Origin: Dendrobates tinctorius
Taxonomy: Eukaryota
Length of the DNA stretch: 64,000 nucleotides
Direction of reading: 5' to 3'
NCBI RefSeq assembly: GCF_039654945.1
Contig: NW_027361728.1
Coordinates: 12,772,001-12,836,000, forward strand
Positions 43,625 through 57,012 of this stretch are shown here, one piece after another. The position numbers and the translations under genes are program-made. Numbering within the stretch: position 1 is the first letter of the stretch; the number at the start of each line of letters is the position of its first letter. The notes beneath the pieces are model-generated. The model was given only the letters and a program-made list of their open reading frames with translations. It was not told the origin of the DNA and ran no database searches.

Positions 43625-44309
43625 TACTATATATGTAATCGATATTACATAGTGTATTACGTATTTACAATTTATTATAGTTTGTGTTCTAAAGTTGTAT
43701 TCCAATAAATATATATTATGTTCTATCATAAAAATGATTATGGTAAATGTCTGATGTTCACATTGTACTACAATACATTTTTCACTTAAATATAAGCAAT
43801 ATATGTTGGAGTCGGTGGAAGGGAAATTGAGGAGTCGGAGTCAGAGTCGCAGGTTTGGCTTACCGACTCCACAGCCCTGCTGCTAACATGTATAGGAAAG
43901 TACAGTTTATAAAGCAAAAATTGGTGAAAGGTCATCTTTATACTTCCTGAAAAAAGTTGCGATTGTTTTCAAGGGTAGCTTTTAAAATGGTGTCTTGTAT
44001 GGGATTTTTTCTGATCTACAGGCCTGTGAAAGGCACTTCAAATGGAACCTATTAACAAGACATAACACTCCTAATAGCATGTGCATAAAGGCACTTTGAT
44101 GCGGATTATACCCTTAACTTGCTTGTAGACTATTGTTTTTCCATTTTAGAGAATGCCTGCATTTTCATTTTATACTAATGACTCGAAAGTGCAGTGAAGC
44201 GGGAAACTACACTTACAATCTCTATTTTCCACCTGCCTCCGGTCTCTGATTGACAGCACACTTTTGTTTTAATGACCTGCCTCACCTGCCTGAAATTTTA
44301 CGCAATTGA

Positions 44310-44540
44310 AATGCCACAGTGAAGCATGGTGGAGGCAGCATTACGCTTTGGGGCTGTAGCTGCTCAAACTGGTGCTTTAGTCATGGTGGAGGAAATTATG
44401 AACAGTTCCAAATATCAGTCAATTTTGCATCTTCAGGCCTCTGCTCAAAAAAACAACAACAAAAAAGAGAACAAAATTCAACTTTCCAAATAACAACCAC
44501 CCTGCGGTCAATAAAAGAATGGCTACCTCTATGTAGCAGA
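44310..44540 (+). pseudogene. Old Tc1 transposase fragment
   Basis: [14 protein letters not shown] followed by a degenerate FQxxNxPxH-like segment. Confidence 0.7.
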
Positions 44541-45488
44541 ACTGCAGCATTGCTATGAGCGCCAACCACAGGGTGGCGTTCATAGCAATCAGGCATCAAC
44601 AACCATAGAGGTCTCAAGGAAACCTCTGTTTTTTATGCCAACTCATCGCTGACCCCCGATCACGTGACGGGGGTCGGAGATGCGCGTATTTCCTGCCTGG
44701 TGGCCTGAAACACTTGTTAAATGCTGCCGTCAGCGTTTCACAGCATCATTTAACTGGTTAATAGGCACGGGTGGATCGTAATTCCACCTGTGCTCATCAT
44801 GGGCACATGTCAGCTGTTCAAAACAGCTGACATGTCCCGGCTTTGATGCAGGCTCACCGCCGGAGCCCTCATCAAAGCGGGGGATTTGACCTCGGACGTA
44901 CTATTCAACAGTCAACAGGAAGAAAAACAGTTGCTCTGTTGATAGGGAGCAGCTGAAGGTCCACCAGGAATGGTCAATGACCGGCCAAGGGTACAACAGA
45001 TAGGTAGCTGTTAGCAACTACATGCCTGTTAGTCCTTAGGCACTTTTTTTAACGTCCCGGATATACCCTTTAAAAATATGGATTGTTGCAAATCCCTATT
45101 GAACCTCCCCATTGATCTGAGAAAATCTGCAATAAAGCCACAAAATGAACGGACATGCTGCAGAATTGAAAATCTTCACCAACACTCTATTTCTGCATGA
45201 AAAACGTGATCTTCATGAGACTTGTTGAAATCTCAACCATTTACTTGGAACTATAGAACAAATGGTCAGAAAATCTGCTGCATTCAGTACGTATTGATAT
45301 ATTTATCCATGGCAACTGTTTACAGTCCTGATGTTTTAAATATGTCCTTAGTATTAAAAGGGTCATATGTAAAACATCAAGACTGTAAGCAATGACATGC
45401 TCTCTCTGTCTGCAGCTCATAACAGAGAAGACCAAAAACGAAGTGACTGTGCGTCTACTGACACATTCAACTTTTAAACTTAGCTTAA

Positions 45489-45750
45489 AGAGGTTGTCCA
45501 CTACTTTGACGACCTATCCTAAGGATATCAATGTAAATGTCTGATTGGCCTGGATCCGACACTCGGCACCCTCGCCGATCAGCTGTTCTCAGTGTCGGCA
45601 GCGGCCAGGAGAACTTACTTGCGGAGCTGGCGTCTATTTGTAGCGACTGCCGCACTGTACTAGACATCTGCCACTTATTCGAATTAATAACACACTTAAG
45701 GGCTCATCGGCAGGGGTGCTGGGTGTCGGTAAAAGTAGTGGACTACCTCT
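45489..45750. mobile_element. Kolobok/T2-like MITE
   Basis: TTAA|AGAGGTTGTCCACTACTTT ... AAAGTAGTGGACTACCTCT|GTAA. Confidence 0.8.
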
Positions 45751-47081
45751 GTAAATGAATGAACCAGATGTTTTGCTGTATTGTTTAAAAAAAATATCAA
45801 GCCCCAAAAGAGGAACCTTCTTTTTTCTTACAAGAGGAGGTATTTGTGCTTATGTATGTGTCCAACTGCAAAATTTCATGCAAACAAAACAAACAAAAAA
45901 AAAAAAAAAAAAGATGAAAACGAAAAAAATTATGAAAAACAAGTGGGATAACTTAAAATCTTGGAAAGCCCCTTTTAAGCCTTTCTGGTAGAACCACTTT
46001 AATAAAATATAAGCGAGGTGATTATGCACAGCATGCTTAGCTAGTATGAGGAGGAATATCATATTCATGCAGAATATCATTTTTCTTGGAGGAAGCTTGA
46101 AGAAAGGATGACTGGATTAGTAAATAAGGATGGCTACTTAATTGACTTCTCTTCATGTTCTCCGGGTGGAAGTCTACAAAATCCGTCTATATAAGAAACT
46201 GTAATCTAAATGTTTTAGATTTAATCAGCTTTAATCACTGAAGCTAACTGAAGAGAACAGACTAACTTTCTGTGATGTGCTGAACCCATTTAATCCTACT
46301 CCAGGAGACTGCAGTGTGATTACCGGGATCTCTATGTAGGCCACTTGTTCCTAAATGACTCAGAATTGTACTTAATATATATTTTTTAAGGAGCACAGAT
46401 AATGCAGATGTGAATTAGTAAAACAGCTTTCCTGAATAGGCTTCTATCTAGACAAGCAGTTAGCTCGTACAGTGGCTTGCGAAAATATTCACCCTTGGCA
46501 TTTTTCGTTTTTTGCTACCTCACAATCTGGAATTTGACTGTTTTTGAGGGTTTGCATCATTTCATGTAAAGAACATGCCTACAACTGTGAACATTTGGTT
46601 TTTTGGGGGGTTTTTTGTGAGGCAAACCACAAAACAGAATAAAATATTTTTGCTTCTTTTTTTTTACCCTGCAATACTATAGGCATAATGCTTTACATGC
46701 TAATGTGCAGGCGCCGCCGCCATTTTGCTCAATGTAACTACAAATAAAGATTAAACAACCACAAGACAGATTTCATCAACCAAGGTACCATTAATCAGTA
46801 TAACGGCGTCAACCTGACACTGTGTGTAGGTTACTGTGCACAATCCTGCTGCCAGACTCACTTTAAGGTATAGGCCTTTACAAAGACATGTTTTAACGTG
46901 GGGATGGTGTTCTTGGAATAGAGAGCGGTGTTTCTTTTGCGCCAGTCATAATGTTTACCTTGGTGGACAAAAAGTTCAATTTTGGTCTTATCTGATCATA
47001 TTACCTTCCTCCATACATTTGTGGAGTCTCCCACTTTTTTGGCAAACTCAAATGAGTCTTACAATTTTTGTGTGTATGTAA

Positions 47082-47964
47082 GGCTAAGTTCACACGTACC
47101 AGAACTCTCCCAGAAATTACCGCGAGAATTCCGGAATTCCATTCCGCAGGAAAAATCGCATTTTAAATTCCCGCGATTTTACCGCGGAAAAACTAGCATT
47201 TTGCAAGCGTAATTAGCTTGCAAAATGCTAGCGTTTTCCAAGCGATCTGTAGCATCGCTTGGAGAACTGATTGACAGGTTGGTCACACTCGTCAAACAGT
47301 GTTTGACAAGTGTGACCAACTTTTACTACTGAGGCTGTCTATGCAGCATCAGTAGTAAAAGATAAAATGTAAAAAAAAAAAAAAAAAAAAAAAGGTGTTA
47401 TTCTTACCTTCGGGATCACGACGTCTCGCGGTAATTCGTGATGACGTCGCGCGAATGACCGCGAGACTTCGCGATTCCGCGAGAACGGACGCCATCGCGG
47501 GCATTTTCGCAAAGGATTACTGGGAACGAGAGCGTGGAGAGAGGCGGGAAGGCTGCGCGGGACGTCGGAAGGTAGGAATAATAATATTTTTTTATTTTAA
47601 AGTCTATTTTTTACAGGGATATGGTACCCAAAGCCCGGAGGACAGTCTCCTCTCCTCCGGACCGTGGGTACCATCCGCAAATGTTCTGCTTACTTTTCGC
47701 ATGGTGTGCACAGCCACATGCGGGAAGTAAGCGGAACAATGCATTCCTATGGGTGCGGGATCGCCGCGATTCCGCGAAATTAATGAGCATTCTGCGGTTT
47801 TTACAGCGAAGCGATTACGCCGCGGTAAAAACCGCAGCATTAGCACAGCATTGCGGAATCCCATAGGAATGCATGGAATGCTTATTTTTCGCGTTTTCGT
47901 GGCAAAATCGCGTGGTTAAAACCGCCGCGGAAACGCGAAAAAAATGCAACGTGTGAACTCAGCC
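47082..47964. mobile_element. Harbinger-type MITE, CpG-rich and probably young
   Basis: TAA|GGCTAAGTTCACACGT ... ACGTGTGAACTCAGCC|TAA, with several internal hairpins. Confidence 0.9.
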
Positions 47965-48171
47965 TAAGGAGGTGGTGGAGAATCTTGTTTGCCCCTCCAC
48001 AACACCGGGCCTACGCGACCCTTTTTCTTATGTCTCATGTGTATTGGCTTGTTGTAATATATGTGTTCTTACGGTATATGATGAAATTTGCAATATATTA
48101 CAAAATTTTTATCATTCTTACTATATTATATTGTACTTGTACATGTTAGAGCCAGGGACAGCAAGGAGTTA

Positions 48172-48827
48172 CCGTATTTTTCGGACTATAAGACGCACCG
48201 GACCATAAGACGCACCCATATTTTCAGAAGGAAAATAGGGGAAAAAATAATGTGTCAAATGGGGGTCCGTCTTACAGTCCGAATTCAGCTTACCTGGGAA
48301 GGGATCCGGCACAGGTGGAGAAGTAGTCACAGGGGTCATTCAGTGGTCCAGGCTCGTGCGGTGGCGGCGGCTCTGTGCTGGGGCAGCTGCGCTGGGGCTG
48401 GGGCGGGTGGGCTGTGCTGGGGCAGCTGTGCTGGGGCAGGGGCAGCTGTGCTGGGGCAGGGGGACGACATTCAAATCTCGGCAACGAGATCTCGTCCCCC
48501 GAGATCTCGGGACGAGATCTGAAGCTGCGCATGCGCTGTCCCCGGACCGGTGGCCATCTTGCCGGCGTCCATGTTCCCGGAGGCCACCGCGACATGGCGG
48601 CGCCCAGCAAGGGGTATGCGGGGGCCTCCGGGCTGCGAGGAAACGCCGGCAGAGCCGCTGCCACCACCGCACCGCAGAGCGCCGCCCGCTACCACCACCG
48701 CACCGCAGAGCCTCGCCCGCTGCCACCACCGCACCAGGTACCGTGCATTGCGACCATAAGACGCACCCCCCACTTTCCCACAAAATTTTGGGGGAAAAAA
48801 GTACGTCTTATGGTCGGAAAAATACGG
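48172..48827. mobile_element. Tc2/pogo-like MITE
   Basis: TA|CCGTATTTTTCGGACTATAAGACG ... CGTCTTATGGTCGGAAAAATACGG|TA. Confidence 0.9.
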
Positions 48828-48940
48828 TAAGTAGTGGGTTGAGCTAACAGCTCAAAAGGAGGAGCAGGAAGCTCCTGCGAGGAGTGCAGAGCCCGGGCAC
48901 GTTCGCCCAGGGCAGAAGCCCAGCTGTGGCTGAGAGCCTT

Positions 48941-50280
48941 GCCTGGACCCCAGGAAGGATAAAGACTGCTGCCTGGACCCCAGGAGGGGTAAAGACTGCT
49001 GCCTGGACCCCAGGAGGGGTAAAGACTGCTGCCTGGACCCCAGGAGGGGTAAAGACTGCTGCCTGGACCCCAGGAGGGGTAAAGACTGCTGCCTGGACCC
49101 CAGGAGGGGTAAAGACTGCTGCCTGGACCCCAGGAGGGGTAAAGACTGCTGCCTGGACCCCAGGAGGGGTAAAGACTGCTGCCTGGACCCCAGGAGGGGT
49201 AAAGACTGCTGCCTGGACCCCAGGAGGGGTAAAGACTGCTGCCTGGACCCCAGGAGGGGTAAAGACTGTAGCCTGGACCCCAGGAGGGGTAAAGACTGTA
49301 GCCTGGACCCCAGGAGGGGTAAAGACTGCAGCCTGGACCCCAGGAGGGGTAAAGACTGCAGCCTGGACCCCAGGAGGGGTAAAGACTGCTGCCTGGACCC
49401 CAGGAGGGGTAAAGACTGCTGCCTGGACCCCAGGAGGGGTAAAGACTGCTGCCTGGACCCCAGGAGGGGTAAAGACTGCTGCCTGGACCCCAGGAGGGGT
49501 AAAGACTGCTGCCTGGACCCCAGGAGGGGTAAAGACTGCTGCCTGGACCCCAGGAGGGGTAAAGACGGCTGCCTGGACCCCAGGAGGGGTAAAGACGGCT
49601 GCCTGGACCCCAGGAGGGGTAAAGACTGCTGCCTGGACCCCAGGAGGGGTAAAGACTGCTGCCTGGACCCCAGGAAGGGTAAAGACTGCTGCCTGGACCC
49701 CAGGAGGGGTAAAGACTGCTGCCTGGACCCCAGGAGGGGTAAAGACTGCTGCCTGGACCCCAGGAGGGGTAAAGACTGCTGCCTGGACTCCAGGAGGGGT
49801 AAAGACTGCAGCCTGGACCCCAGGAGGGGTAAAGACTGTAGCCTGGACCCCAGGAGGGGTAAAGACTGTAGCCTGGACCCCAGGAGGGGTAAAGACTGTA
49901 GCCTGGACCCCAGGAGGGGTAAAGACTGTAGCCTGGACCCCAGGAGGGGTAAAGACTGTAGCCTGGACCCCAGGAGGGGTAAAGACTGCTGCCTGGACCC
50001 CAGGAGGGGTAAAGACTGCTGCCTGGACCCCAGGAAGGGTAAAGACTGCTGCCTGGACCCCAGGAAGGGTAAAGACTGCTGCCTGGACCCCAGGAGGGGT
50101 AAAGACTGCTGCCTGGACCCCAGGAGGGGAAAAGACTGCTGCCTGCACTCCAGGAGGGGTAAAGACTGCTGCCTGGACCCCAGGAGGGGTAAAGACTGTA
50201 GCCTGGACCCCAGGAGGGGTGAAGACTGTAGCCTGGACCCCAGGAGGGGTAAAGACTGTTGCCTGGACCCCATGAGGGGT
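48941..50280. repeat. 30-bp minisatellite, about 44 units
   Basis: Unit GCCTGGACCCCAGGAGGGGTAAAGACTGCT, staying in exact register across the 60-column lines. Confidence 0.98.
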
Positions 50281-51462
50281 GAATGGGACTGCCCCGGATC
50301 TTTGGGCAGCACAACGGGCACTAGTATTACTTGAGTGCCCCGCCGAAGGGAATTCAAGCGTGCAATTCCAGCGTAAGGACCATCTCCTCTTTTGGTCGCC
50401 GCAGCTATTGTAGGTATGGCCGTGGTCGTCGTTAGGGAGAGAGCAGGAAGCTATTGTTAACTTTATTCATTCCTTTTATTAAATTGTTTCCCTGTTGGAC
50501 TGCAGCTGTATCTGGGATTGTGTCTGTCCTGTCCGTTTCTGTACAAGGTGCCGGGGTGTACACGGACTGTGGCTTAGTTGACTTGGCAGGGACTACCAAC
50601 CCGAGCACCCTGTTAGATTTACATGTAAGTGAAGACTTTTCTCTGCCCACTCTTCCATAAATGCCACCTCTATGTGACGCAAGACTTAGTGGTCACATGG
50701 ACAGATACTTCAGTCTCTGTAGCTCCTTCAGGGTTAACTTTGGTCTCTATGCTGCCTTTCTCATTAATGGTACCCCTGCACGGGCTGAGAGTTTTGGTGG
50801 GGGGCCCTCTCTTGGTAGGTTTGTTGTGGTACCATGTTTTTTCCATTTGATGATAATGGGATTTGATGGTGCTCTGGGGGATCATCAGAGATTGGGATCT
50901 TTATTTTTTTTTTTAGTAATCCAACCCTGACTTGTACTTCACAATAACTTTGTCCCTGACTTGTTTGGAGATGTCCTTAGTCTTCACGGTGTTTGGTTAG
51001 TGGTGCCTCTTACTTAATGGTGTTGCAGCCTCTGTGGCCTTTCAGAAAACGTAAAGTGTATATACTGACAGACCATGTGATGCTTCGATCACACACAGGT
51101 GGGCTTCCTTGTACTAAGCAAGTGACTTATGAGGGCAATTGCTTGCAAAAGAAATTTTTAGGGGCTTCATAGCAAAAAGGGTGAATACATATGCACATGC
51201 CAATTTTTAGTTATTTGATTCCATACATTTAATTTATGCCTATATTTTTCTCACTTCACCAACTTAGAGTATTTAGTGCTGATGAATAACACACAAATAA
51301 GATTATAAAAATATTTAAAAACAGATTGTAATGTAACAAAATAGGTAAAAAGCCAAGGGGGTGAATACTCTTACAAGCCACTGTAGATGATATTGCCCAC
51401 TAGTCAACATCTCTGGATTTTGATCACTGCAGCAACAAGCGTATTTTCATGTCATCATTTAA

Positions 51463-54400
51463 CCCCTTAACGACCGCTGAAACGCTTTTTAACGGCGGTA
51501 GTTAAGGGTACTAAAACCACAGCACCGTTAATTCACGGCGCTGTGATTTAAGTGAATAGCGCCCCCCAGTGTCGGATTTTCTCCGGGGTCTCGGCTGCCA
51601 GGGGTAGCCGAGACCCCAGAGAACATGAATCGGTCGGTTTTTACCGACCCCGCTTTTGCGATCGCGGTTATTAACCCTATAACGGCGACCGCAAAAAAAA
51701 TGCATTAAATTTCTCTTTCCTCTGATGTGATCGCACATCAGAGGAGAGAGAAATAGGGTCCCCGATCCCCCCTCGGTACCTCTCCATGGTCCCCCGTCCC
51801 CTCCCGGTGGTCGCACGTCCCGCCGGCGCCCTCCGATGGGCGGTGCCATCTTGCAAATGGCGGGCGCATGCGCAGTGCGCCCGCCGGGAATCTGCCGGCT
51901 CCGGCTGGCAGATTCCATTCATTATTTTGATCACTATGATAAACGATCATAGTGATCAAAATAAAAAAAATAGTACATAACCCCCCGTTTATCAACCCCT
52001 TATATAGGCAAACATAATGAAATAAAGAAAATATATTTTTTTCAGTTTTACATTAGGGTTAGGGTTGGGCTAGGGTTAGGGCGAACTAGTATTAGGGTTA
52101 GAATTAGGATTAGGGTTGGGATTAGGGTTAGGATTAGGGTTAGGGGTGTGTTGGGGTTAGGGTTGGAGCAAGAATTGAAGGGTTTTTTCCACTATTTACC
52201 AACTTTGGGGGGTCTAAAAATTGGGGTCTAAAAAAATCACTTTTGTGGAAATAAAAAAGACTATTTTCACGGCTCTACGTTATAAACTTCTGTGAAGCAC
52301 TTGAAGGTTCAAAGTGCTCACCACACATCTAGATAAGTTCCTTAATGGGTCTAGTTTCCAAAATGGGGTCACTTGTTGGGGGTTTCCACTTTTTAGGCCC
52401 ATCAGGGGCTCTGCAAATGCAACATGATGCCCGCAGACCATTCCATCAAAGTCTGCATTCCAAAATGGCACACTCCTTCCCTTCCAAGCTCTCCCTTGTG
52501 CCCAAACAGTGGTTCCCCCCCACATATGGGGTATCAGCGTACTCAGGACAAATCGCACAATAACTGTCGGGGTATGATTTCTCCTGTTACCCTGGTAAAA
52601 ATAAAAATTTGGAGGCAAAAATATCATTTTTGTGGAAAAAAAATGGATTTCTTATTTTCACGGCTCTACCTTATAAACTTCTGTGAAGCACTTTAAGGTT
52701 CAAAGTGCTCACCACACATCTAGATAAGTTCCTTAATTGGTCTAATTTCCAAAATGGGGTCACTTGTTGGGGGATTCCACTGTTTAGGCACATTAAGGGC
52801 TCTCCGAACGCAACGTGACATCCGATCTCAATTCCAGCCAATTCTGCGTTGAAAAAGTCAAACGGCGCTCCATCCCTTGCGACCTCTGCCGTGTGCTGAA
52901 AAAGTGGCTTACCCCCACATATGGGGTATCGGCGTATTCAGGAGAAATTGTACAACAAATTTTGTGGTTGATTTTCTCTTTTAACACTTGTGAAAATAAA
53001 AAAAATTGATTCTGAAGTAAATTTTTTGCAAAAAAAGTTAAATGTTACTTTTTTCCTTCCACATTGCTTTAGTTCCTGTGAAGCACTTAAAGGGTTAATA
53101 AACTTCTTGAATGTGGTTTTGAGCACCTTGAGGGGTCTAGTTTTTAGAATGGTGCCACTTTTGGGTATTTTCTGTCATGTACACCCCTCAAAATGACCAT
53201 ATGATGTGGTCCCTAAAAAAAATGGTTTTATAAATTTTGTTGTAAAAATGAGAAATCGCTGGTCAACTTTTAACCCTTATAACTTCCTAACAAAAAAATA
53301 TTTTGCTTCCAAAATTGTGCTGATGTAAAGTAGACATGTAGGAAATGTTATTTATTAAGAAATTTGTGTGACATCTCTCTGATTTAAGGGCATAAAAATT
53401 TAAAGTTTTAAAATTGCAAAGTTTTCGCCATATTTCCTTTTTTTCATAAATAAACACAAGTCTTATCGAATAAATTTTACCACTAACATGAAGCACAGTA
53501 TGTCACGAAAAAACACTCTCAGAATCAGCGGGATGCATTAAAGCGTTCCAGAGTTATAACCTCATGAAGGGACAGTGGTCAGAATTGTAAAAATTGGCCT
53601 GGTCATTAACCCCTTACTGACATCAGACGTACTATCCCGTCCATGTGCCCTGGGACTTAATGCCCAGGGACGGGATAGTACGTCATAGCGATAGTGGTCA
53701 GAATTGTAAAAATTGGCCTGGTCATTAACCCCTTACTGACATCAGACGTACTATCCCATCCATGTGCCCTGGGACTTAATGCCCAGGGACGGGATAGTAC
53801 GTCATAGCGATCAGTGGAAGCCCACGTGGTGAGCGCCGCTAATCGCGGCCGGGTGTCAGCTGATTATCACAGCTGACACCCGGCACAATGTGTCAGGGAC
53901 GGTCATGGACCGCCCCCGACACGTTAACCCCTTGTACACCGCGATCAAACACGATCGCGGTGTACCGGGGGTTAAAGGGAAGCATCGGCAGGGAGGGGGC
54001 TCCCTCCGTGCTTCCCTGAGCCCCCCACGGCAGCGCAATGTGCAGCGCTGCTGCGGGGGGCTCTTTCCCTACAGGCCCCCGGATCCAAGATGGCGACGGG
54101 GACCTTCGGGGGCCTGTAGGGAGCGGACTTCCTCACTGCCTGCAAAGCGCAGGCATGAGGAAGTCTGCAGCAGTGCCTGTGACAGATCGCTGATCGCTGA
54201 CAGTGATCTGTGATGTGACAGATCAGCAATCTGTCACAGGACAGTGATGTCCCACCTGGGATAAAGTAAAAAAAAAAAAAAAAAAAAAAAAAGTTTAAAA
54301 ATAATTTTTAAAAAATCGCTAAATAAATTAGTAAAAAAAAAATTTTTTTCCCCAATGAATTCTTTTTTTGAAAAAAAAACAATAAACGTGCACATATTTG

Positions 54401-57012
54401 GTATCGCCACGTCCGTAACGACCCGCCCTATCAAACAGTCCCATTAGTTAACCCCTTTAACGAACCCCTTAAAAAATAAAAATAAAAAACGAAGCAAAAA
54501 ATAATGATTTATTATCATACCACCGAACAAAAAGTGCAATAACGCGCGATCAAAAAGACGCATATAAATATCCATGGTACCGCTGAAAACGTCAGCTTGT
54601 CCCGCAAAAAAACGAGCCGCCATACAGAGTCATCCGCAAAAAAATAAAAAAGCTATAGCCCGCAGAATAAAGCGATGCAAAAATAATTATTTTTTATATA
54701 AAATAGTTTTCATTGCATAAAACTGACAAAACATAAAAAACGACCTAAATGAGGTATCGCTGTAACCATACTGACCCGAAGAATAAAAGCTCTTTATCAA
54801 TTTTACCGCACGCGAAACGGTGTAAATGCACCCCCCCAAAAGAAATTCATGAAACGCTGGTTTTAGTTAATTCTGCGTCCCAAAAATCGGAATAAAAAGC
54901 GATCAAAAAATGTCACGTGCCCGAAAATGGTACCAATAAAAACGTCAACTCGTCCCGCAAAAAATAAGACCTCACGTGACTCGGTGGGTCAAAATACGGA
55001 AAAATTATAGCTCTCAATATGTGGTGATGTAAAAACTATTTTTACAATAAAAAGCGTCTTTTAGCGTGCGACATAAATAGTAAATCAAACCCCCAGTTAT
55101 CACCCCCTTAGTTAGGGAAAAATAATAAAATAAAAAAAAGGTATTTGTTTCCATTTTCCCATTAGGGTTAGGGCTAGGGGTGTGTTTGGGTTAGGGTTGG
55201 AGTTATAATTGGGGGGTTTCCACTGTTTGGGCACATCAGGTGCTATCCAAACGCAACATGGCGTCTGATCTCTATTCCAGCCAATTCTGCGTTGAAAAAG
55301 TCAAATGGTGCTCCTTCCCTTCCAAGCTCTGCCATGCGCCCAAACAGTGTTTTACCCCCACATATAGGGTATCAGCATACTCAGGACAAATTGCAAAACA
55401 ACTTTTGGTGTCCAATTTCTCCTGTTACCCTTAGGAAAATAAAAAATTGGGGGCAAAAATATCATTTTTGTGGAAAAAAATGATTTTTTTATTTTCACGC
55501 CCAGGCGTTATAAACTTCTGTGAAGCACTGGGGGGTTCAAAGTGCTCACCACACACCTAGATAAGTTCCTTGGGGGGGTCTAGTTTTCAAAATGGTGTCA
55601 TTTGTGGGGGGTTTCTACTGTTTTGGTACATTAGGGGCTTTCCAAACGCGACATGGTGTCCGATCTCAATTCCAGCCAAAAACGTCAAATGGCGCTGCTT
55701 CCCTTCCGAGCTCTGCCATGCACCCAAATAGTGGTTTACCCCCACATGTGGGGTATCCGCGCACTCAGGACAAATTGCACAATATCTTTTAGGGTCCTGT
55801 TACCCTTGGAAAAATAAAAATTGGGGGTGAAAAGATCATTTTTGTGGAAAAAATATGATTTTTTAATTGTACCGATGTACGTTATAAGCTTCTGTGAAGT
55901 CCTTGTGGGTTCAAAGTTCTCACCACATATCTAGATAAGTTCCTTGGGGGGTCTAGTTTTCAAAATGGGGTCACTTGTGGGGGGTTTCCACTGTTTAGGT
56001 ACATCACTCCAAAGACATACTGATAGGGAATTTAGATTGTGAGCCCCATCGGGGACAGTGATGAAAATGTGTGCAAACTGTAAAGCGCTGCGGAATATGT
56101 TAGCGCTATATAAAAATAAAGATTATTATTATTATTATCAGGGGCTCTCCAAACGCAACATGGCGTCCGATCTGAATTCCAGACTATTTTGCATTGAAAA
56201 AGTCAAACGGCGCTCCTTCCCTTCTGAGGTCTGCCATGCGCCGAAACAGTGGTTCCCCCCCACATATCAGGTATCAGCGTACTCAGGACAAACTGCACAA
56301 TAACTTTTGCAGTCCAATTTCTCCTGTTACCCTTGGTAAAATAGAAAAAATTGAACCTGAAGTTTTTTTTGTGAAAAAAAGTTAAATGTTCATTTTTTTT
56401 TAAATATTCAAAAAATTTTTTGTGATGCACCTAAAGGGTTAATAAACTTCTTGAATGTGGTTTTGAGCACCTTACGGGGTGCAGTTTTTAGAATGGTGTC
56501 ACTTTTGGGTATTATCTATCATATAGACCCCTCAAAGTGGCTTCAAATGTGATGTGGTCCGTAAAAATAAAATGGTGTTGCAAAAATGAGAAATCGCTGG
56601 TCAATTTTTAATCCTTATAACTTCCTAACAAAAAAAAATTTTGGTTCCAAAATTTTGCTGATGTAAAGTAAACATGTGGGAAATGTTATTTATTAATTTT
56701 TTTGTGTGCCGTATCTCTGTGATTTAAGGGCATAAAAATTCAAATTTGGAAAATTGCGAAATTTTTAAAATTTTCGCCAAATTTCCGTCTTTTTCACAAA
56801 TAAACGCAAGTTATATGAATGAAATTTTACCACTAACATGAAGTACAATATGTCACGAGAAAACAATGTCAGAATCACCGGGATCCATGGAAGCATTTCA
56901 GAGTTATAACCTCATAAAGGGACAGTGGTCAGAATTGTAAAAATTGGCCCGGTCATGAACGTGCAAACCACCCTTGGGGCTTAAGCTGCAAACTGGCTCT
57001 GTCGCTAAGGGG
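51463..57012 (+). mobile_element. Non-autonomous piggyBac-like element (TTAA/CCCCTT) with a second, related element nested at ~53610-56980
   Basis: TTAA|CCCCTTAACGAC ... GTCGCTAAGGGG|TTAA, plus a second TTAA|CCCCTTACTGAC start at 53610. Both parts have a TTAGGG block, ~385-bp repeats and the same right-subterminal sequence (53200-53609 vs 56550-56960). No coding capacity. Confidence 0.8.
56007..56136 (+). mobile_element. 5'-truncated SINE with L2-like tail
   Basis: CTCCAAAGACATACTGATAGGG...TGTAAAGCGCTGCGGAATATGTTAGCGCTATAT...(ATT)n. It interrupts the host motif ACATCA|GGGGCTCTCC with ATCA duplicated. Confidence 0.8.

Larger units (their letters stand above)
47077..50623. mobile_element. Solo LTR inflated by two MITEs and a minisatellite
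   Basis: TGTAA ... TTACA termini with a 4-bp TSD TGTA (47073-47076, 50624-50627); Tc1 sequence resumes on both sides. Confidence 0.72.
46470..51383 (-). mobile_element. Decayed Tc1 element hosting a nest of insertions
   Basis: TA|CAGTGGCTTGCGAAAATATTCACCC ... GGGTGAATACTCTTACAAGCCACTG|TA. Minus-strand transposase remnants are VKTKDISKQVRDKV (~50990) and WKKVIWSDKTKIELF...NTIPTLKH (~47015-46890). Confidence 0.85.

Noticed and set aside
48689-50357. 430-540 aa decapeptide-repeat ORFs; superficial CRISPR-like regularity
   Set aside because: A 30-bp tandem repeat with no unique spacers and no cas genes; the unit length divisible by three explains the ORFs.
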